DNA of 64,000 nt from Chrysomallon squamiferum. Taxonomy: Eukaryota > Animalia > Mollusca. The notes under the pieces were generated by a model. It was not told the origin of the DNA and made no database searches. It was given only the letters and a program-made list of their open reading frames with translations. The stretch is from contig CM022665.1 of the NCBI GenBank assembly GCA_012295275.1, positions 21,948,001 through 22,012,000 on the forward strand, written 5' to 3'. Positions 27,101-40,900 of this stretch are shown piece by piece. Position numbers and translations under genes: made by a program. Positions within the stretch are counted from its first letter, which is position 1; every line of letters starts with the position of its first letter.

Positions 27101-30100
27101 TGCACAGTAATACTTCCAAATGATGTTGCTCCATCAAGAATAAGTATTGTGTCACCTGAACAGATTTTAGCTTGATAGTGAAGAGCTGTGTAAGCACGCA
27201 CACTGTCACCAATCATCGCAGCTGCATCTACAAAGTCAACACGATCCGGTTTTTTCACTAAAATTAAAAATTAAAAATAATAAATTTTAAAACTAATTAA
27301 AGCACAATAATAATAATAATAATAATTATTAAAACAATAATAATAATAAATTAAAATGTTTGAATTAATAAATAATAATAATAACAATAACAATAATAAA
27401 ATTTAAAAAATAAATTTATCTGCATAACATTTTTCTGTACAATTTAATGTTTTTTATTCCGCTGCTTTTCAAAATCCAGATTTTTTTAAAACTTGAAATA
27501 CATAGACTATTTAAGTACTGTTAATGTGAAAAACATTAATTAAACATATAGAAGTGAAGTAACTATAACATAAAACCAAGCTGTGTACTGTATCTCAAAG
27601 GTTTATCATGATTGTAATGTGTGCACCTAAAGGATTTGTTCGAAGGAATTGAAAAAGAGTAATAATTACCAAGGCAGCTGTAGGCTTTCTCAGTCATTAT
27701 ATCTAAAATTCTTAATGATACATATGATATCATATAATTGTAGATTAAAGACATACTGAGTGCATCATTAAAAACTGCCATTGCAATATCATAATCAAAG
27801 AAACCTAATGATTGTTAATATAAAATATTTTGATATTCATTAGTTGAAAGTAACTAACCTACATCAAATTCTCCAAAAACGCAGTATTCACCACAACCTG
27901 AATAATCACTGTCAAGAGAAAGAACACCTGGGAAGAAAAAAAAACCCAGAAAATTATCAAACAAAAACACTATAAATATGTTCATTAATAAGTACATGTA
28001 TTAAAGTATTTGTTATTATAAACCATTAAAGTAAATACAGCAGAACAACGTAACTATTGCAAACAATAAAATAATAATAATAATAAATAAAAAAAAATAA
28101 TAAAATAATAAAATAAATAAGTAAAAAAGTAGTTAAATGCTGAATGTTACATAAAGATATAAAAAGAAAAAGACTGAGTAAAAGAGACCAAGTAAAGTTA
28201 TACTGGGGGCAAAGTATAAAACAGCTTTTATTTACAATTACACTTTTCAGATTTTAATATAATTATGGGTGGTGGAGGATTTAATATTTTTGGTTTAATT
28301 GAAAAAAAAAAAAAATTCTTCAAAGTTATATTTTTATGTTATGAAACCATATAGCAATTATAATTTTTTAAAATGGTTACTTTATCTAAATAAGGTTGAA
28401 AGAAAAAAATTAATTTTCATTATAAGATGTCAAAAGCAACAGAAATATTCATGTGCAAAAATCACAAAGTGTATGAAAGATTCCTTCAGTGAAATAATAA
28501 AAACTATAACATACCAACAACAGCATCACCTTCCTGAATACTTGTGACACAATATCCAACCTGAGTGACTATACCAGAAACATCCTCACCAACAATACAA
28601 GAGTCAGCTTTTTCTTTCTTGAAAAGTTCAGCCAAAACCTGTATATACAAATTATTTATCAACAACACTTGATAATATGCAGTGTATATCATAAATCAGT
28701 TTAATTTGTCCAAGATAGTTTCTAACCTGAGAATTTTGATCAAATATCCAGATTACTGTTGGAATTTATAAACAAAATGTAATATTCTATAGGACTGAAA
28801 AATAGCAAAAATAAATCAAATGCTAAATATATTAATGTTACTTTCACTGACTGAAATCCACCAGTGTGTTTTTTAAAAACAATTTAGGGGGGTTTTGTGT
28901 GTCTTTTTTTTTTTTTTTTTAAATAATGTTAAAATAAAATATTCAGCTAAACTACTTCTAAATTATAATGATCCTAATAAAGGAAAAATTTATATATGTA
29001 CTTACTTTATTTTGAACATAAGAGAGGCCACAGGCTTTTACTTTAACTACAATCTCATTGTCACCTGGTTTTGGTATTTCAACCTGATTAAAAAAGAGAA
29101 AAAAAAAAAAAAAAAAAAGAGGAAACATGTACAGCACTAGTTATAATTTTCTGGATTAAGAATCTGTATTTGAGCTGTGCCCAACCACCAGTGCAATAAC
29201 AACAGCAAAAATAACTGATATAAAAATAAACTGAAGTTCAATCTCTTGGATTTAAATGAATTTGAATGTCTGACAGTTATATATAATTAATATTAATGAA
29301 TTAATTGAAATGGTTAACAAACAATTAAATCATATTTTTTAGAAAGAAATATATATTTTTTTTAACTAATAGTAACAAAATATGTTAACTATTTCACAAA
29401 AACACTGTTTGAAAACAAACATTTAAATCATTAGAGAGATTAATAACAACATTTTATTTCTCAGGCTATAACATTATTTGTTAATTTGTTTCAAATCACT
29501 CAGGTTGACACTGGGTCTTAATCTTTAGGAAGGGTAATGTTTTTATATCAGTTTGTGTTTTCAGTATTCTGCTTAATAACGTAATGAAACACTGAAATCA
29601 TGCTTATCATGGCTAAGATATGATGTAAGGAAAATACTAACGGATGTTGTCAGCTTTGATTAAAACCATCAGTCTTATACCCCAAGGATTTGGATCACAT
29701 ATTAATTATGATACGTGTGTTCAATCAAATGAATAATTTATTTAATATGTACTTGTAAAAATTTTGCTGATGGAAATGCTGAGGTTCATTAAAAAATACT
29801 GTGTAGTCCATTATCTTTAAACTTCAGCATTTGAGGAGATACTATCTTTGGCAAGATTTTAACCAACATTCAATCCATTTTGGTTGCTTCTAATGGAAGG
29901 CAAAGCTGAAGTAACTCTCTGAACCATACCAGTTACCTTACCAAATGAAATAATTGAAGAGAATACAATTTTTAAAATACTAGTACTTCTTCTAAACTGT
30001 CTCATAAAGGCAAGTTTTTCAAAAATCAAGGACTGCTAAATCTTTTTGGACCAATATTAAAAGATAGATCATTTCATGATGTGTAATTAAATTAATAATA

Positions 30101-30627
30101 ATAATAATATGAAAGGCACTCTAATTGATTAATAATACAGATTTTATGAGCATACCATTAATTAATGTCAAATAATAAGAATGACAACCATTTTATAGTC
30201 TCTTAAAATTAATAATTTATAAATACAGTTTTAGTCTTTGAGTATTTGGTATTATAAACCATTAATTCCAGTTAAAGTAAATCAATTGGAAATAACTCAG
30301 TGGGAAGACACAGCTTCTCACGAAGTAAGGTGATAACATCAAAAAATTTCACTGACATGATATTTCGGTATAAATATTTACTTCTGAAAACAGTATTGAA
30401 GTTATCTCAAACAACTGCTACAACAATCTTTTGCTAAAAATAATATAATAATGTAGTTTAATATTTACTTTCCAATAATTTCTAAAGTATTTAAAAAAAA
30501 AAAAAAAAAAATCAGAATCCTACCATCAAATATTCATATTCTTTAATATAATATTTAATTAATATTTCTTTACCTGTAAAACAAAATTAACTTTAATTGT
30601 AGCGTTATTTAGAAGTAGGCCACACAT
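24129..30627 (-). CDS. CRYZL1: Quinone oxidoreductase-like protein 1 (zeta-crystallin-like; FERRY complex subunit 4), ~350 aa
   Basis: Exons 30627-30574 (or 30733-30671), 29083-29006, 28638-28515, 27927-27859, 27257-27076, 26830-26767, 26389-26291, 26139-26006, 25088-24983, 24484-24439 and 24225-24129 join in frame. Motifs [67 protein letters not shown] and QQGRY match vertebrate CRYZL1 as recalled. Confidence 0.93.
24485..24982 (-). other. U12-type (minor spliceosome) GT-AG intron in CRYZL1
   Basis: 5' splice site GTATCCTTTTT; branch site TTTTCTTAAC at 24503-24494, just upstream of the 3' AG; no polypyrimidine tract. Splicing keeps the frame (GRYQH|ILHDSMEKL). Confidence 0.9.
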
Positions 30628-30733
30628 TATAATACAAAAGTCAGAAAAGAAAAAGTAAATCAAAATTTACGTTGTCCGTTGTAAATTTGACAACACGTCC
30701 GTCATGACACAGCGATCTTCTAATACACCACAT

Positions 30734-31349
30734 TCTGAACTTCTGCAAACAGCAATGAAATCAAATGGGGATAGCGCTACTATTAACCAACATTAAGCAT
30801 TAACTTTTCACTTTTCTACTCAGTTTACCATACTGAAATTATAATTCGTTACGACTTAGGACGTACTAATATGAAATTTTGATTCAGGACATTTAATGAA
30901 CAAACACAAGAGTGTTAAATATAACGTTTTGGGACTGAGAATTATCCTATTCGAAAATGGGATAGCCTCTAATGGTATTTATTTCATTTCACTCCAAGAT
31001 GCTCTGAGAATAAATTATGTCACAGGATATGGCTGCTTCCGTAAACATTTGCGGAAACGCCCACTTGTTCCCATAATGCCTTGCGATAGGAGATGAAGAT
31101 GAACTGTGCAAGGTGTCTTGTGTGCAGATTTTAATGAATGTCATTTTATGTCATTAACATAAATCCTTCATATCGATAATTGTTAAAATAACGTATATTT
31201 ACCCCAAAATACTGGTATATTGTAAGTGCCATTTGTTCAGGAGACTGAAAATACGACACTAAGCTCTCGCTGAATATTTTATGTTTAACCGGAAATATGG
31301 CTGCCGATTTGGCAATTGAAGGTGGAATTGTGCCAAACCTGACATCTAG
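30734..31349. promoter_or_regulatory. Bidirectional promoter CRYZL1/ITSN with ZNF143(Staf), YY1-like and ETS motifs; includes ITSN non-coding exon 1 (donor at 31350)
   Basis: Divergent genes. TTCCCATAATGCCTTGCG at 31068-31085 (SBS/ZNF143 consensus), ATATGGCTGC at 31027 and 31295, CCGGAAAT at 31289, and raised CpG content. Confidence 0.75.
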
Positions 31350-31823
31350 GTAGCTGTTGAGTGCAACATTTATTAATTTGAAGGTATCTTAATCCGTGTA
31401 ATTTTAACGTTATTATTGGTCAGTTTAAATTGGCATAAATCTTGCATTTAAGACTAATTAGTGTAACGTACCAATACTGATACAAGACTACCCTTGCCTT
31501 GGTCTTTCAGTTTCACGTTTCATTGATATAATACAGTTCGGAATGACATTAAAACATCTTTTTTCTGACACTTCCTACTTTTTTTTAATGTAACGTCTAA
31601 TATGTCGTAAAAATAAATGCTCATAAATAAACTGTTAGTATTGTTAACTAAAGACATAAACAAAAAGTAACGATAAAAATTAAGGAATTGTGATAAGTTA
31701 TTTAACACATAAATTAATTGATGTAAATGTTCGGTTTAGTATGAAAAAAGTGAACTATATAAATATATATCTGATTTATCTCTTTTTGTGATAGGTTTTT
31801 TTGCTTTTGACGATAATTGCATC

Positions 31824-32563
31824 ATGGCACTCACAAGTAAGTATGCTCAGAAAATTATATATTTTTAAATTAATGTTAATTTCTTCATTCTTTTTTCCTC
31901 TTTATTAATGAATTTATGTTATGAATGAATATGAGGAACTTTATCTTTAAGTAAAAATTCTGATAATTAAGACATCTTTTACCATTTTCCTTTCCTGTCC
32001 CTATTTATTGAAATTTAAATGCTATTGTTTTGTTGAAATAAAGGTTGCACATTTATTTATTTTTTTCAGTTAAGACAGGGGTCTGAAATAAAATGGATTA
32101 TTATTATAAAAAATAAACTGAAGGATCCTTTTACTCACATACCTAGAAAAAAAAGATTCGGTAGACAGTAATTAGTGACCCACCAGATCTCTTGACAGTG
32201 AGGCAACATATTTGATGCAATTATAGTTTTTATTACAACCTGCCCAGTACAAAAAAAATGTATACTTATAACTCAGGTTTATCTTCAAAAAATGTCATGT
32301 ACAATTCAGCAAAATGACTAAGGATGTTTGGAAGTTGTTACTTATGCATTCATGAAAGACAAAACATTTGGCAATCCATGTTTTCATCATAACATTTTTC
32401 CACACATGCTAATAACTGACATGAGTCCGCAAGGCTTTTAAAATGATAGATCATTTTGATTGCTTTTAAATAAAACAGACTTTATTAGCTAACAAGTGAA
32501 TTCTGGTATAATAATGACTGCCACAACAGATGTGAGAATTATTAAGCAGAGTTCACATTTTGG

Positions 32564-32621
<58 letters not shown>

Positions 32622-32645
32622 TACACGCACACACACACACACAGA

Positions 32646-32692
<47 letters not shown>

Positions 32693-34918
32693 TGATCTTT
32701 TTACCATTACCCAAGGTTACCATGTCCATGACACCGCTTGTATCTAGCTGGTGAGCATGACTTCCAGAATTACTGTTGTAATTTGTCCATTTTCAGAATT
32801 TCCAGAATTAAAAAAACCTTTTTAAGTTGCTTAGTACACACATTTCTCCAATGTTTTGTTCTGAATTTTTCCACAAATGGTGAGTGTTGGCATCTTCTAA
32901 AGCAGGTCTGGCCTGTAGGTGAGATATTTAACTTTACTTGAGCAAAATAATATCAAAATCTGTCATAGGCCAACATAATAGAAGAAGCCCCCCAAAAATC
33001 TGATTTGTAGGTATGGATCATTTAAAAAACCCCATTATTGTTGCCTGTTATGCCATGTGATCAAATACTGCCATTTGTTTGGATGTTTAATTTTATCTTA
33101 AATGTTTATGATGTTAATTAATTTTATATAAATACAATCGATGGCTAAGGTAGACATTTAATTTCATGAACTTTATAATGGAGATGTGAAAATTTAATAA
33201 TTTTGATTACAGTATTGTTTCAATACAGACTGAAAAAAAAAGAGCTAAAATTACAGGAATTTTCATATGAAAAGATCGGAATTACTCCATTAATTTTCAA
33301 GTTATCATAAAAATTATATTATTTTACAGTTCTTTCCAGTGATGCCAACATTTTTATTTATTTTTGTCACATACCTATGTCAAGAGATGTGGTTCGCCAG
33401 TTACTGCCTACTCTGTTTTGTAGAGAAGCAGTTCATCATTTTTATTTTACTGTGTGTGTTGAAATCAGTCATGTCAGAATCAGTGCTATATGCCTATGGA
33501 ACAACTATAATTTTTGACATTGTTATTCTGATACATGTGAGGCATCACGCCCTCCTTTGTTTTGTTAGATACTTGATTAAAAACACAAAAGATAGTTTAA
33601 AAAAATGTTTTGTTCTTGAATAAGGTATCAGGATGGGCTTTTCTAACCTGTTTCCCTTCTGACAAAAACCATGCATACATGAAAATCAAATTTAAAAACT
33701 GAATATTTTCCTTTGGTCTTTTTAGGTGATGTATGGCGTATATCAGGAGAGGATCGTATTAAACATGATGCTCAGTTCTTCCAGCTTAAACCTGTTAATG
33801 GATTCATCACAGGTAACCAATTATCAACATGCATTATTCACTCTTTTCGCTAGTAATAGTAGGAAGAGATGTTTAGTAAGATCAACAGTAATATACATGC
33901 TCTGGGTTGTAAATCTCCATAAAACTTGGGGAAAACCCCATTAAAAAACAAAAAACATACGCCATTCAATTTCCATTTTAAATACACTGTATTTATTATT
34001 TCCCTGTATATATTTAAGATACAAATTAATTTTTTTTGCTGTATTTTCTATAAGTAAAGATTTTCACCCTCTTAATTATTAAAATATGATAGTAACTGAA
34101 GATTTCCCATTGTCACTTTACTTTGCAGGGGACCAGGCAAAAGATTTTTTCTTACAATCCGGTCTGCCAACAAGTGTTTTGGGACATATATGGTGAGGTT
34201 TTTTTTTCAAATGATGTCTGCTGATATATTTACCAGTATTACATTGTTTTTAGTAATAGATTAATTTCAGTGCTACTTACTCTTACAAATTGTGAATTCT
34301 AGAATATTATTAAAATTATTTTTTTAATGAGTTAGGATTTCTAGCTGTTACTTTATTAGGAGATTTTTAAAAGAGAATTATTTTTTTAAAGAAAAACAGG
34401 TGTTTTTTTTTATGGGAGAGGTGGAAAAAGAATTATTAATATAGAAGTTCATGCATTATTAAAAGGCAAAGGGACAGAATATTTGAAATTTATAAACGAT
34501 TCTTCTTTGTTGTATATCTTTTCATATAAATATTTTCAGGAAGCTTGCTGACATGAATAGTGATGGCAAAATGGACAAGAAAGAGTTTTCCATTGCCATG
34601 CATTTAATTAAGAAGAAACTTCAAGGTTATGAACTGCCCAAAACACTTCCACCTAGTCTCAAAGCAGACCCCTACCCAGTCATAGGTTCATTTGGTGCAC
34701 AGCCTATGAATATGGCTGTCAGTATGACAGGTTCAGCTATAGGTACAAGAATTTTATTTTAACATTATGAAACTGCAGTTAGATATAAATATTTTAATTT
34801 CTCTTGTCATCTCATAAATGGAATTTCATCTCTTGTTTTTCCCAAATTATAATCTGTATTACTTCATTGACATAGTTTAAAACTTCATGGTTAAAAAAGA
34901 ACTTTTGTTTTCATCCTG

Positions 34919-34949
<31 letters not shown>

Positions 34950-37900
34950 GAGCTCCACCATTGATGATGGGTGTAATGCCCCCTGCCTCTATGGTAACAA
35001 GCACAATGACCACAGTTGCTGTTGGCATGCCTCTTATGGCCAATGGAATTGCTCCAGCGGTTTCTAGTCAAGATGTGTTCTTACAAGGTGACAAATTGCA
35101 AATTGTATTTCTTGTACAATGGTGTTGCAGATTTATTAGAAAGCAGTTACATAAGTAAAAACATTCAGATTTTCTGTGAAAATTACAAAAGAAACATCAT
35201 AGAAAACTTGAAAATACTTTTGATTATCATCTTTTATTATGTTTAAGATTTTCTGTTTTGTAAAAGATTTAAAGTAATACTTAATAATAATAATGTTGTC
35301 TGTGAATGTTTAAAATGCTAATAAAATGTTCACGCAAATGGTATTTAACAATAGAAACAAAACACTATTTGAGAGTACTAATACTTTGCAGTCACAATAT
35401 TGTATATTATTTTATATATTTTGTAATAGGTGGACTTGCAGGAGGAATACCTGTCTCCAAACCTGTTGGGTATGCAATTTTCTTTTATGACAAAAATAAG
35501 AAACAAAATAAATTGTTAATAGTCCCAACAATTTTTTTTATATTATCTTCATCTAATAAAATTGTTGCAGTCATTAGTCTTTTGGTATATCTTTCAAAAG
35601 TGTCTTTGGTAAATGCAGTTTAAAGATCTAGATCTTATAACCAATTTAATTCTTAGTCATGTATGTTTTTTTTTGTAATGTATGATATTCATAAAATGTG
35701 ATAGAAATTCCAGATTTTATCATAATGAAAGTAGATGAAAAATAAATATTTAGTAGTTTGATATTTTTTCGGTTTTTAATTTATAATTGCATTGTTAAAT
35801 ATGAAATATTTTTACTTCCTTTGCTTTATAATAATAACATATTTGTTTTAGTTCTACTGTTTGGACTATGCCACATCAAAGCAAACTGAAATACACACAG
35901 CTGTTTAATACAAATGACAGGAACAAGAGAGGCTATTTAACAGGTCTGTTATAATTGTACTATGTTTTACGTCATTTTGAACAGTAAAGTGTACATAATG
36001 AAAATCTTGAAATTGGTTTTTATAGATGTTAAATAATTTCTGGATTTCTGATTTATTAAGGAAGAATGCCAACAATTCTTGACTGCATGGATATACATTG
36101 TATTATGTTTTTGTTTTTTTCAATTAGATTACTTTCACTATTCTTTAAGTAAGCAGTAAAACAAAAACTGGCTGTTAAACAGAAGGCTTAATATTGTATA
36201 TTTTTTGAGTGGTTATTGTCATATAGGTCACTTACAAGTCCTCACATTTTAAAATTTGTTAAATGATACCACTGGTCTGATACATAACTGTTTCTGAGCA
36301 GCTAACAGAAGTAGCTATTTTTTTATTTTTGTTAACATCCATTTATCCCGAAAAATGACAATTTGATAAAGCTGATCATCATGTTTCTACTTATTTAATG
36401 AACTTCAGGAGTGGAGGCAAGATCAATTCTGTTACAGTCAAATTTACCTCAGAGGCTGCTTGCACAAATATGGTTAGTAGAATAAATGTAAACCAATTAA
36501 AAAAAATGTATACTAGTAAAACATTTTCTATTACTTAAAACTTTTTCTTTATTGATAAGTATTTTTATAAAAATAATTTTGAAAATTTCTTTTATTTTCT
36601 GTATGTCTGCCATTAACTAGAAATAGAGTATGTTTAACATACACATTTTTGCTAACCAATTTGTCTACATAAGCATATTTGGATGTTTTTTTGAAAAGGA
36701 CACTTTCTGATGTTGACAATGATGGCAAGCTGACATGTGATGAGTTTTGTTTAGCAATGCATTTGTCTGATTTGGCAAGATCAGGCATGACATTACCCCC
36801 TACTCTTCCACCAGAGCTCATACCTGCCAGTATGAGAGCAAGATCTGGCAGCCTTGTTAATGTTAGCATGGCTGCTCCAGTTGTCTCACAACCTCCTGGT
36901 AAGAATCTGTTTTAATGATTGTTAGGTTATTTTTCATTATAGTCACTGATTTATGACTGTTGCATTAAGATTTAGTTTGGCACTGTCTGAAAAAAACCTT
37001 ATAATAAATATTTACTGAAGCTGGATAAGAGATCTCTTGGCTAGGCAATAGCAGATTTCTTACCTACAAATTGTTTGATTAATATTAAACTATAGTGGTT
37101 TCTTTTTATGAACAAAATGACTAATTAGTAAAAAAGATAATCATAATTTTCATTTAACATTTGCATAGTTTATCTAGACTTTCACATGGTGGTTTAGTAA
37201 TTTTATAAAATGTATCAACATGAAATCATTTTTCTTTCTTTTTTATTATTTAGTAGCATCCAAAACAGACTCATTTGGTGACTTGCTTGGAGGTCTTGGA
37301 ATGACTTCCCCTGCTGCACCTGTTCAGCAGTCTCAGTCACAGCTTTCAGCTAATGGAGATGTAAAACAAGAAGATAATTCTCCAGGTATATTCTTTATAG
37401 AATAATCAGTGTACAGAAAAGCAGTAAAAACAGTAGTTAACTGCTGCTACAAAGAAACATTTTTACTGGAACAATTCATTGTGCAATAAATAACTTAAGC
37501 ATGAATAAAATTATTAACAGAAATGCTTTCTGTTGCAAGGATATAAATATTTTGTAACTACATATAAACAGACTTCGTTTTTTTGATACATTACAAAGAT
37601 GTAATGAACTAGATATTTTAATGTGATGTTCTGCTTCAAAGTAAATTGTTAAGAGAAAACAGTATAATATTTTTAGGGAGAATAATAGATAAATAAACTA
37701 GTGTTTTTAATAAAAAATTAATAATTATTTACAGTAACATTTGAAGATAAGCGAAAAATGAATTTCGACAAAGGTCAGGCTGAGCTTGAACGACGTCGAG
37801 CAATGTTGCAGGAACAGTTAAAAAGAGAAGAGGAAGCTCGCTTGGAAAAAGAAAGAAAAGAACAAGAACAGAAAGAACGAATCAGGCATGTTGTTTTCTT

Positions 37901-40900
37901 CTTTCTCTTTTTTTGTTTTGTTACCTAATTAACTTCATTTCAGATTTGTTACTGTCATGTCAAAAATTAGTTAACAGTGATACAGAAAGAAAGAAGAATA
38001 TGCAGAGTTTTTTGTTTTCTAATGTCTTCATCCTGTTCTATTATTTTTAGACAAGAACAAGAACAAAGACGACAGCAAGAATTGCAGAAACAGTTGGAAC
38101 GACAGCGTCAGATAGAAAGAGAAAGAGAAGAGCAAAGACAGAAAATGTTGGAGCAGAGGGAGGTAGGAGTTGATTTTTATTCTATAGACTTTTAATATTA
38201 ACCAAAATATTGTTTTCAATCACGTAAATGAAACTTGTGAAAGATTTTGTTCATTAATATGAAACTTAGTCAGTGGCTAAAATCCTTTCAAGTTTGTAAA
38301 AGGAGACATTTGATCAGTTATGAACACTAAATTTATTTAGATAACAGCAGATAACATGCTGAATTTATTTTAAATTTTATCTGGATTAAATTAGGTTTAT
38401 TTTAGGTTAGAAATGTTGAGGTATTTTGAGAAAAGAATGATGAAAATGTCTTGAGCAAGTAGAAATGTTTTAGTGAATTGAATTCTATATATTGAATATA
38501 TAACACTTGAAGTTAATGAAATGGTAGTTATTTCTTTTTTTGTATGAAGGCTGCAAGGCGAGAACTGGAACGACAGCGGCAGATGGAATGGGAACGGCAG
38601 AGAAAAGAACAGTTACTGGCTGAGAAGAATAGGGAGTACACTGAACTGTCAGCACTTAAGGCTCAAGACAATAGTCTGAAAGATGAACTAGAATCTTTGG
38701 TGTGTTTTGTGGAGTTTTATAAACTGCATTGACATTTTTATGGCCGTTACTTCAGGGTGTCTGAATGCAGTATATATTGGATAAACAGTTCCAAGTTAAT
38801 ATACATAGAGTTCAATGTCATAAATAATCTTTAAACTTAGGTATCTGAATGTTGAATTTGATGGATGTAGTATAAACAGGGATAAAACATTATGAATTCA
38901 TGATTATTAAAAATGATCAGTATTCACGGGTATTTCAGTAATGAGTTCACTTAGGCAAAATATTTTTTTTAGCTTTAAAACACTTGTTTTTAAAAAAATG
39001 GATACTCTTTTTTTTGTGTGAGGATGTGTGTTGATTTGAAATGATATTTACTGAATAACTTTGATGGACTTCCCCACACTTTCTAAGATTTGAATGTTGT
39101 GGCTTTAGACCATCATACAGAAAAACAGGGGCATGCATTTCATGACTGGTGGTAACTCAATGTTGCCATCATCACAGTTATGAATGAACACAAACCTACA
39201 AAAATAAGCCAGATATCTAAACAGATACATTTGTTTTGTTAAAGTTGTCTTAGCAGATTCACTTGAAAATTTGAAAGAGTACTGAATTCCCATCAATTTT
39301 TCAAATATTCATTATTATTTATGTATTTTTGTTTAACAGCAGTTCAGCAGAGTCCTCCGTATTATATATTTATGCTTGAAATATTCAGTTAATAATTTTT
39401 TGCAATACATGTCACTCAGGATGGAAAGAAGAAGGAAATAGCTCAGAAAATTTCACAGGTTCGAAATGGTGTCACTGACTTCACTACAAGCATTGAGAGC
39501 ATGCGTACTTTGAGAGATACAGCACTAGCAGAAATTGACAGTTTTGATCAGGAATTGCAGGTAGTTAATCATTATTGAATTAATGCATTTTTATCTTTTT
39601 TATCTGAAAGTTAAAAAAAAATTTAAAGGGATAAATACATTAAACCAGTAAATGGCAACTGTACAAAAACCAAGTGAGAAGCTTGCTTTGTTTAATAAGC
39701 ATAATTAATTATCAGGGAACAAAAGTGATAATTATTTTTGCTCTTCAGGATTTGAAACGAAGATTAAGTCAGTTACAGCAGGAGAGAGAACAAATAACCT
39801 TGCAACTTCAGACCTCCCCACAGAACTCACCTATGTGTAAGTGTAAGTTGTAACTTTGAAATAACCATTTGCTTTGTCATTGTTTTAAAAATCACGCTAA
39901 TGTGTCTAAATCATGCACTTATCAGTCATTTTAGAAGCTTTCATTTCAAAATCTGGACAGATTTTAGATTTTGAAAAAAGTAGGAGGATTTAATTATCCA
40001 AAAAAAATAATTTAGGGTGAAAAAAAATCATGAATTTATAACTAGGAGGTAGGCACTGGCTGCTTCCATTTTGATCCTCTCAGAAATTATAAATTATTTT
40101 AGGGACTAATTTGCTTAGAGCACGTATTTAGCATTGATATAATATTAAAGTGTTATGTGCAAGTTTGTCTTTTGTTATAAAGATCTGAAATTAAATTATT
40201 AGTGTTTGAAAGTAATATATATCTTTTTTTTTCTTTCTTTTTTTAAAATATGATAGCGGACACTCACCGGACTCTGATGCATAGTGTGGAACTGAAAAAA
40301 ACAAATGTGCAACGTCTGAAAAAAGAACTTGAGCAAATAGAGCGTGAAACAGAAACTAAACTAGCAGATATTGATAAAAATCATGCACAAATTAAGGTAA
40401 ATATGAAATTTTGTTTCTTAATAACCTTGTTTTATATATGGTAACAAATAACATCTGCATCTTAACTAGATGCAGATGTGGTTCAAGTTATACTTATATT
40501 TGGTAATTACAGACGTTTTCTATTTTGGCATTAGTGGTATATTCTACAAATATTCTTTAAATTGTTACTGAAGTGATTTATTACTTAAGTGTAATGAAAA
40601 AAGATTTAAGATGAATTTTGTCAAGTGATTCATACTCTGTTATACTGAAGGTATCTAAGAAATAGTATTTTTTCCTGAACGTTATCTGCAAAATATAAAA
40701 TACTTAAGTCTATTAATTAAATAGATATAGGTAGGTCCAGCCATTGAGAAATAATGGCCATTTATGCAGGAAAATTAACCATTTTCAGTTAACCATAATG
40801 TTACAGTATTCCTCATTCACGGTCATTATTTAAATGCAGAATAAAAAAACTTTAGAAAATGTATTTTTATTGTTTGTGTTTCTTATTGTAGCATTCTTAC

